From: Macrostomum lignano
Taxonomy: Eukaryota
DNA: 32,113 nt
Assembly: GCA_002269645.1 (NCBI GenBank)
Contig: NIVC01004893.1
Coordinates: 1 to 32,113, forward strand
Direction of reading: 5' to 3'
The notes under the pieces are model-generated. The model saw only the letters and a program-made list of their open reading frames with translations. It did not search any database and had not been told where the DNA came from. The position numbers and the translations under genes are program-made. Positions 23,963-32,113 of the stretch are shown here, piece by piece; within the stretch, counting starts at the first letter, position 1, and the number at the start of each line of letters is the position of its first letter.

Positions 23963-24651
23963 GTTAGGGACTGAGGTGCGGGAATCGGGACTGGGGTGTG
24001 GGAATCGGGACTGGGGTGTGGGAATCGGGACTGGGTGTGGGATTCGGGACTGAGGTGTGGGAATCGGGAATCGGGGCTGGGGTGTGGGAATAGGGAATCG
24101 GTACTGAGGTGTGGGATTCGGGAATCGGGCTGGGGTGTGGGAATCGGGAATCGGGGCTGGGGTGTGGGAATCGGGAATCGGGCTGGGGTGTGGGAATCGG
24201 GAATCGGGGCTGGGGTGTGGGAATCGGGAATCGGGGCTGGGGTGTGGGAATCGGGAATCGGGCTGGGGTGTGGGAATCGGGAATCGGGACTGGGGTGTGG
24301 GAATCGGGGCTGGGGTGTGGGAATCGGGAATCGGGGCTGGGGTGTGGGAATCGGGAATCGGGGCTGGGTGTGTGGGAATCGGGACTGGGGTGTGGGAATC
24401 GGGCTGGGTGTGGGATCGGGAATCGGGCTGGGGTGTGGGAATCGGGAATCGGCTGGTGTGGGAATCGGGAATCGGGGCTGGGTGTGGGGTTCGGTACTGA
24501 GGTGTGGGGTTCGGTACTGAGGTGTGGGATTCGGGACTGAGGTGTGGGGTTCGGTACTGAGGTGTGGGATTCGGACTGAGGTGTGGGGTTCGGTACTAAG
24601 GTGTGGGGTTCGGGACTGAGGTGTGGGGTTCGGGACTGAGGGGCGGGGTCC
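23963..24651. repeat. 20-26 bp G-rich minisatellite (GGGAATCGGGACTGGGGTGT variants) after copy D
   Basis: Tandem array dense in GGG runs. Confidence 0.92.
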
Positions 24652-24950
24652 GAAAAGTGTGCAGTTCCATGGCACGCAATCGTGTCTGAGTGTCTGCTGC
24701 GATTAGCAATGGATAAATAATCAGCGGTCGCAGTGCGTGACAACGATTGTCTATGGATCGCGCCTAGACAATCCATTACTACAAACAATGCATTGTTTTG
24801 TAGTAATGGATTGTTCTGCATTAAAAATGTGAATAATGATCGTCAAATTGCTAAACAATGGTTAAATAAATAATTGACAAGTTGCGCTACGCGAGCAGAT
24901 GTCCAGATTACTCGGGAGAAACCGTTTTACCAAACCAATTATCAAATATA

Positions 24951-25000
24951 CTCAGCAACATTGAAAAGTCGCCAGCCTTTGCCCCAGTGAGCAGTGTGTC
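24951..25000. mobile_element. solo end of a TA-flanked MITE-family element
   Basis: TA|CTCAGCAACATTGAAAAGTCGCCA is identical to the 24-bp TIR at 25381. The following bases resemble the reverse complement of that MITE's right subterminal region (ccagtgagca). It interrupts cassette sequence after aaatata. No partner end was found. Confidence 0.6.
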
Positions 25001-25137
25001 TTTCGACCTGCGTCTATCACCTTGCCAACCAATTTGATATAAAAAAATGCTTGAAAAAACTCTAAACTGGCCAACCAGCCTACCCCGATGTACGCTGCTC
25101 TGTGTACATTCTCTCTCTCTCTTGACATGACAATATT

Positions 25138-26179
25138 GGGAGCACCCCAACTGCCAGCCGGAAAACTGCCAGCCGACAACTGCCAGTCGACAACTGCCAG
25201 CCGACAATTGCCAGCCGAGAAAACTGCCAGCCGACAAGTTCTAGCTAATTGAATCTACTGTAGCCTACTTTTAGCTAAGTAAAAAGCACGAAACTGTTTG
25301 GCTAGCAAAAGGCTTGTGGGGTAGCCTTAAGTGTCGCCCTTCCCTAATTTTTTAAGATTTCCATTAGTTAGAAGTATATACTCAGCAACATTGAAAAGTC
25401 GCCATCATGGAAGATTCCGTCTGTGGTCGCCACTTTTGAGAGTGCAAGTCAATTTTGCGAGTGACGTAACTTAGCTACGTCACGCGGCAGACTTGGGTTG
25501 AGGAATGAAGTGGTCGATCGGTGTGCGAGGGTTGGACGGATTTAAGATACCCGATCAGTTTTCTCGATCTTTTATTTCAGAATGGTCCCAGAGAAATTGC
25601 TCACTGGTGCACAGAGTGGCGACTTTTCAATGTTGCTGAGTATATATGCGAAGGAGAAAGCATTCAAATTTCGTATTTTAGGTAGCCTTTGCTCTTTCTT
25701 TGAAAGCTTTATTTAAGTAAAGTAATTTAATAGACTTATCTAGGATTGCGTCATATAGCAATCGCAATCGCAAATTAAATAATAAAGTAAATAAACTTTC
25801 AATACAGAAATATTTACAATAGGCATTACAGAATGCCTTCTCCTTCACATATATACTTCTAATGGAAATCTTAAAAAATTAGGGAAGGGAAGGGCGACAT
25901 TTAAGGCTACCCCACAAGCCTTTTGCTAGCCAAACAGTTTCGTGCTTTTTACTTAGCTAATAAGTAGGCTACAGTAGATTCAATTAGCTAGAACTTGTCG
26001 GCTGGCAGTTTTCTCGGCTGGCAATTGTCGGCTGGCAGTTGTCGGCTGGCAGTTGTCGGCTGGCAGTTTTCTGGCTGGCAGTTTTCTCGCTGGCAATTGT
26101 CGCTGGCAGTTGTCGGCTGGCAGTTGTCGGCTGGCAGTTGTCGGCTGGCAGTTTTCCGGCTGGCAGTTGGGGTGGACCC
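25138..26179. mobile_element. non-autonomous MULE/foldback-type DNA transposon, long TIRs with 14-bp subterminal repeats, 9-bp TSD GACAATATT
   Basis: Exact 9-bp direct repeat at 25129-25137 and 26180-26188. Termini GGGAGCACCCC... / ...GGGGTGGACCC. Left arm (25138-25380 plus 25643-25665) is the inverted copy of the right arm (25831-26179). No ORF. Confidence 0.88.
25381..25640. mobile_element. 260-bp MITE with perfect 24-bp TIRs and TA TSD (Tc1/mariner-like), nested in the left TIR of the MULE-like element
   Basis: ctcagcaacattgaaaagtcgcca (25381-25404) and its reverse complement (25617-25640); TA at 25379-25380 and 25641-25642. Confidence 0.88.
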
Positions 26180-27412
26180 GACAATATTCAGTAGTGATCG
26201 ATTCTTAGTTTTAAAGCCCACTCACTTGCCTGTCTTTTAAGTTTATATATTGGCCTCGCCACCTATCGCACAATCGTTGCAATATTTCGCTCGTCTAAAA
26301 TATTCAACTTCGTACTTGACTCAAACCAAGCCTACGGGCAGCCTTGTCATCGTTTACTGAGAGCGAATTGACATAGAGTGAAGAAGAAAACAGAGAGAGA
26401 GAAAGAGCAAGAGAGAGGGGGAGAGAGAGGAGAGCCTCCAATCCGGGCACTGACACGGTAAAAAGACCATGAAAGGTTTGAATTGTTATAGTTGCCGATA
26501 TTTCGAAATTATTATATTTCTTTGTCAGGGCAAGTGAAACGTTTACAGAGAGCGTTTACCATGCAGAGAGACTGGAAATAATTCAGTAAATTTTTGTCAG
26601 TCTGCGGGTTCAGCGCCTCTAGAATAGCACTACGTAATGGGTACTTGTGACAGTTCACATGATCTGCTCACATGGCAGAAAGACTTTCAAACATTGGCCT
26701 CTAAAGGCCCTATTATGAATGCGAGAGACTCACATCTCAGAACTCGCAGTACCGAGTATTCATTATCTAAGGCAGTGTATTTTATTACCAACTAAAACCC
26801 ATAGGCACAACACGGGTTGTAGCAGTGTGGGGTTTGCGCTGCGCAGCTTCTCTCTGGGTCGTTGCTAGGCAACCATCAAGCCACCCCAAAGCATTTTCTG
26901 CGAGTCTTCTGTGCCACGTATTCTCAAGTTACTGGCTTGGCCCTCGAACCTCAGCTTTGTTATTTTCTTCGGGCATTGAGATTGGCTAGTCTAGAGCTAG
27001 TCTGCTTGGGTAGCTGCGGTCGAGACGCGTAGAGATCCTTGTTTTTCTGCTGTTTTTTTCCGGATTGGTCAGACTGAGGTGGGCTGCAGCCGCATACAGG
27101 GCAGGCGGAGTATGTCTCACACTTCATTATTTAACAGTGCAACTTATTCATTTCTTAAAGCCTGTCGAAGCCTAAGAGAGACTTGAATAAATTCATTCAT
27201 ATTCGATTTGGTAATTTAGTTACCTTTTCATTAGCTCATAGTTTCGGTACATTTTGTTAGTCTGTGGTTTCAGCGCTTCTAGCTCCTACAGTTGCACTAC
27301 ATACATGTATTGGGTACTTTCATAACCCCAAAAATGTCACATTTCCTAGGTCGAATAGCTATTCACAGTCATCTAACTGACGTACCTAACATGAAGGAGA
27401 AGCTTGTGGATT

Positions 27413-28232
27413 ATAAGACTTAGAAATCTGAAACGAATTCAAGAGAGCTCTAGGATAAAATCAGGCAGAAAATAGCAACAGTAGAGAGGGCAAGCACTGA
27501 AAGCAGAGAGGTTAGATGAGGACACGCCCGGCTCACCCTTTCATTACAGCGCGAACGCGGCCCGGACCGACAGCAAAACTGGAACTGGTTGGAACCGGCC
27601 CGCGGGGGACTGATGAGGAGTTGACCTGGACCCCGCCTGGAGACGAAAGCCGGAGAAGGCCGGGACCGCACAAGAAGACCGGATCGATGAAGGGGAAAGG
27701 GATAACGAACAGTAGGAAAGAGATCTCGGTAGAAGCGGGAACACTTCCTAACTTAGCTAATGCGTTTCAGGGCTGCCCCCCCGCTACCATAGAAAAGGGG
27801 TTGGTGTGCCTACCAACCAACTGGCTCAAGGCTTATGAGTTATGACTGCTAGAGTTGAGGCTGTGACCTCGTTCAGGACAAATCCTCTTGCTTGCCGTTG
27901 CTAAGTTTATCCCCTCGGTTTCGAGAAGATTATATAAGTCGGAGCGGAGCGCGGAAAAACGCAACCCCGCGGTTTTGCTAGAGAGTTAGCTTGGAGCTCC
28001 GTTAGGTTAACCTACCAGATAAACATACTGTGTTCGAGTTCTTTCTTGGTCTGATATCCGATCACCGAGGTGAGGATCGAGGAGGGAATTATAGCCGCCA
28101 GCCGGGAAACTGAGTATCGATAGTCGTCAGTAGTTATAGCCTTCAAGTCAACGGACTGCCACAAAACCGCTAGACTACCTATAGGAAAACATAAAGCTGA
28201 AGACACATAGAGAAGCCAGATACGAACGACAC
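27413..28232. other. ~820-bp unique insertion into the start of the 16-bp minisatellite of cassette E (possible retroelement or LTR fragment)
   Basis: Absent from the other four cassettes; splits ggatt|gtgaag. No TSD, TIR or recognisable protein domain seen. Confidence 0.45.
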
Positions 28233-30471
28233 GTGAAGAGCTATATGGATTGTGAAGCTTGGGGATTGTGAAGCTTGGGGATTGTGAAGCTTGTGGATTG
28301 TGAAGCTTGGGGATTGTGAAGCTATATGGATTGTGAAGCTTGGGGATTGTGAAGCTTGTGGATTGTGAAGCTATATGGATTGTGAAGCTTGTGGCTTGTG
28401 AAGCTTGGGGATTGTGAAGCTTGTGGATTGTGAAGCTTGGGGATTGTGAAGCTATATGGATTGTGAAGCTTGGGGATTGTGAAGCTTGGGGATTGTGAAG
28501 CTTGTGGATTGTGAAGCTATATGGATTGTGAAGCTTGGGGATTGTGAAGCTATATGGATTGTGAAGCTTGTGGATTGTGAAGCTTGGGGATTGTGAAGCT
28601 ATATGGATTGTGAAGCTTGGGGATTGTGAGGCTTGGGGATTGTGAAGCTTGGGGATTGTGAAGCTTGTGGATTGTGAAGCTTGGGGATTGTGAAGCTTGG
28701 GGATTGTGAAGCTTGGGGATTGTGAAGCTTGGGGATTGTGAAGCTTGTGGATTGTGAAGCTTGTGGATTGTGAAGCTTGGGATTGTAAAGCTATATGGAT
28801 TGTGAAGCTTGGGGATTGTGAAGCTATATGGATTGTGAAGCTTGGGGATTGTGAAGCTTGGGGATTGTGAAGCTTGTGGATTGTGAAGCTTGTGGATTGT
28901 GAAGCTTGGGGATTGTGAAGCTATATGGATTGTGAAGCTTGGGGATTGTGAAGCTTGGGGATTGTGAAGCTTGTGGATTGTGAAGCTTGGGGATTGTGAA
29001 GCTTGTGGATTGTGAAGCTTGGGATTGTGAAGCTGGTGGATTGTGAAGCTTGTGGATTGTGAAGCTTGTGGATTGTGAAGCTTGGGGATTGTGAAGCTAT
29101 ATGGATTGTGAAGCTTGGGGATTGTGAAGCTTGTGGATTGTGAAGCTTGGGGATTGTGAAGCTATATGGATTGTGAAGCTTGGGGATTGTGAAGAAGCTT
29201 GTGGATTGTGAAGCTTGTGGATTGTGAAGCTTGGGGATTGTAAAGCTATATGGATTGTGAAGCTTGGGGATTGTGAAGCTATATGGATTGTGAAGCTTGG
29301 GGATTGTGAAGCTTGGGGATTGTGAAGCTTGTGGATTGTGAAGCTTGTGGATTGTGAAGCTTGGGGATTGTGAAGCTATATGGATTGTGAAGCTTGGGGA
29401 TTGTGAAGCTTGGGGATTGTGAAGCTTGTGGATTGTGAAGCTTGGGGATTGTGAAGCTTGAGGATTGTGAAGCTTGGGGATTGTGAAGCTGGTGGATTGT
29501 GAAGCTTGTGGATTGTGAAGCTTGTGGATTGTGAAGCTTGGGGATTGTGAAGCTATATGGATTGTGAAGCTTGGGGATTGTGAAGCTTGGGGATTGTGAA
29601 GCTTGGGGATTGTGAAGCTTGGGGATTGTGAAGCTTGGGGATTGTGAAGCTCGGGGATTGTGAAGCTCGGGGATTGTGAAGCTTGAGAATTGTGAAGCTT
29701 TTGGATTTAGAAGCTTTTGGGTTGTGAAGCTCGGGGATTGTGAAGCTCGGGATTGTGAAGCTTGTGGATTGTGAAGCTCGGGGATTGTAAAGCTTTTGGG
29801 TTGTGAAGCTCAGGGATTGTGAAGCTCGGGGATTGTGAAGCTTGTGGATTATGAATCTCGGGGATTGTAAAGCTTGTGCATTGTGAAGCTCGGGGATTGT
29901 GAAGCTCGGGGATTGTGAAGCTCGGGGATTGTGAAGCTCGGGGATTGTGAAGCTCGGGGATTGTGAAGCTTTTGGATTTAGAAGCTTTTGGGTTTGTGAA
30001 GCTCGGGGATTGTGAAGCTTTTGGGCTGTGAAGCTCGGGGATTGTGAAGCTCGGGGATTGTGAAGCTCGGGGATTGTGAAGCTTGTGGATTGTGAAGCTC
30101 GGGGATTGTGAAGCTCGGGGATTGTGAAGCTTGTGGATTATGAAGCTCGGGGATTGTAAAGCTTGTGGATTGTGAAGCTCGGGGATTGTGAAGCTCGGGG
30201 ATTGTGAAGCTTTTGGATTTAGAAGCTTTTGGGTTGTGAAGCTCGGGGATTGTGAAGCTTTTGGGTTGTGAAGCTCGGGGATTGTGAAGCTCGGGGATTG
30301 TGAAGCTTGTGGATTGTGAAGCTCGGGGATTGTGAAGCTTGTGGATTATGAAGCTCGGGGATTGTGAAGCTTGAGGATTGTGAAGCTTGTGGATTGTGAA
30401 GCTCGGGATTGTGAAGCTTGAGGATTGTGAAGCTCGGGAATTGTGAAGCTCGGGGATTGTGAAGCTCGGGG
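28233..30471. repeat. expanded 16-bp minisatellite upstream of copy E (~2.2 kb)
   Basis: About 140 copies. GCTT and GCTATAT variants dominate before about 29650, GCTC variants after. Confidence 0.95.
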
Positions 30472-30729
30472 AACGTACAGTAAATTCAGGGATTGTGAAA
30501 TTTGAGCGATTTAAAATTACTCGTAGTTTGAAATTTAAGGAAATTTAAATTATACATGTAGGAAAATCTCTTTCTAATCTGAGTAAATTTTATAACACTT
30601 GTTGGATATTTATTAGAAACTGAGCGATTGCATTTTTTCACGCATTTGACTTCCGAATCGATTAGATGTATATAAATTCATTTTCCAACCTAAATGTGCT
30701 GCCTCCTACCCGGCTGTCAGTTCGCAGAG

Positions 30730-31207
30730 ATGCAGTCTCATCAAACGCTATACACGGTTATGTCTCAGCCGCAGCCGTACCCGTCTGCGGTGGTTGGCCA
30801 GCAGCCGGTGCCACAGCATCCGCCGCAGCCGTCCCCGTCTGCGATGGTTGGCCGGCAGCCGAGGCCACAGCATCCGCCGCAGCAGTGCCAGTCGAACTCC
30901 GACCTGTGCAGCTGCTTTGATGACGACTGCGATTGCTGCCTGACCGATTGCGGCCCTGCGAGCTCTGCTGCTGCATCTCGGAGTGTATGGGTGAATAGTG
31001 CTGCACCCGATCTGTCTTGGCTGCCTCGGCAGCTCCGTGACTCTCATCGCCTACCGAGTGAAGCTGAGGGCCAGGTACAACATCCAGGGCAGCATCTTGG
31101 ACGACTGTTGCACCACGGTGTGCTGCGCCAGCTGCATGCAGTGTCAGATCAAGAGGGAGCTGAACTACATTGAGAACCAGCTGGGCTGCAAGCCGGCCGG
31201 CTTTTTG
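30730..31207 (+). pseudogene. PLAC8-family copy E, truncated or frameshifted
   Basis: ATG at 30730; 1-bp losses in C-runs at 30954-30956 and 31006-31008; TAG at 30996-30998 at the same codon as in copy D; ccgg duplication just before the ancestral stop. Confidence 0.85.
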
Positions 31208-31282
31208 AGAAATGAGAACTTGAGAACTTGAGAACTAGGGATTTATTGGCGACTGGGGTGGCACGCCTTTTGGAGTGTGGGC

Positions 31283-31552
31283 GTCTGTGGTAGGGAGCTT
31301 TGGGTGTCTGTGTAGGGAGCTGTGGGTGTCTGTGGTAGGGAGCTGTGGGTGTCTGTGGTAGGGAGACGTGGAGTGTCTATGCTAGAGAGACGTGGGGTGT
31401 CTATGCTAGAGAGACGTGGAGTGTCTATGCTAGAGAGACGTGGAGTGTCTATGCTAGAGAGACGTGGGTGTCTATGCTAGAGAGACGTGGGGTGTCTATG
31501 CTAGAGAGACGTGGGGTGCCTATGCTAGAGAGACGTGGGGTGTCTATGGTAG
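31283..31552. repeat. 23-bp then 24-bp minisatellite (GTGTCTATGCTAGAGAGACGTGGA) downstream of copy E
   Basis: A-type units switch to a new 24-bp consensus at about 31365. Confidence 0.88.
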
Positions 31553-31587
31553 GTTGCGCGGAAAAGTTTCTTTTTTAATTTGTATTC

Positions 31588-31856
31588 TGAGGTGTGGAAT
31601 CGGGACTGGGGTGTGGGAATCGGGACTGGGGTGTGGGAATCGGGACTGGGGTGTGGGAATCGGGGCTGGGGTGTGGGAATCGGGACTGAGGTGTGGGAAT
31701 CGGGACTGAGGTGTGGGAATCGGGGCTGGGGTGTGGGAATCGGACTGAGGTTTGGGAATCGGGACTGAGGTGTGGGAATCGGGGCTGGGGTGTGGGAATC
31801 GGACTGAGGTTTGGGAATCGGGACTGAGGTGTGGGAATCGGGATTGGGGTGTGAGG
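31588..31856. repeat. 20-bp G-rich minisatellite after copy E
   Basis: About 13 copies of gggaatcgggactg(g/a)ggtgt. Confidence 0.9.
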
Positions 31857-32113
31857 TCAGAGAAGTGTGCACATCGATGACTCACAATGTGTCGGAGTGT
31901 CTGATGCGATTAACAATGGTTAAACAAAAAATTGACAAGTTAATTGCCCTGCGTGAGCACGTCAGAGCAATTAATATTAGTATATTAGTAAAGACAATTA
32001 ATTTCGGTATAATTAAAACCACATCTGGGCCAGTCGAATGTCCAGATTAATGGGGAAAACTTTTTCCTCTAAACTAACAATTAAAAAAATCTTCCGCAGC
32101 ACTGGGACTACGC

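Overview
Eukaryotic (animal-like) genomic DNA: GC-rich coding exons, short GT-AG introns, AT-rich spacers and a very high density of micro- and minisatellites. This architecture is reminiscent of repeat-rich invertebrates such as the flatworm Macrostomum, but that is a weak inference. (1) 0.25-2.7 kb holds the 3' end of an RPGR-like gene that the ORF track misses: a last RCC1 repeat (GQLYAFGDPQHGKLG...FEPTLV...VQQVVCG), three short spliced exons and a terminal exon ending in the CaaX motif SCQVL*. The RCC1 exon carries several frameshifts (assembly indels or decay). (2) 3.6-7.7 kb is simple repeats; the long ORFs there are artefacts. (3) 8-32 kb is a tandem array of five + strand PLAC8/cornifelin-family genes with uninterrupted CDSs. 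Three are intact (A 9333, B 13080, C 16766) and two are truncated at a shared stop codon (D 21577, E 30730). Each sits in the same cassette: putative 5' non-coding exon, 16-bp minisatellite intron, CDS, 23-31-bp minisatellite, AT-rich spacer, 20-bp G-rich minisatellite, GA-rich tract. The array shows a recent ~3.7-kb duplication whose junction lies in a minisatellite, and D and E are mosaics. Nested DNA transposons (a MULE/foldback-type element with a 9-bp TSD, split by a TA-TSD MITE) lie at 25-26 kb.
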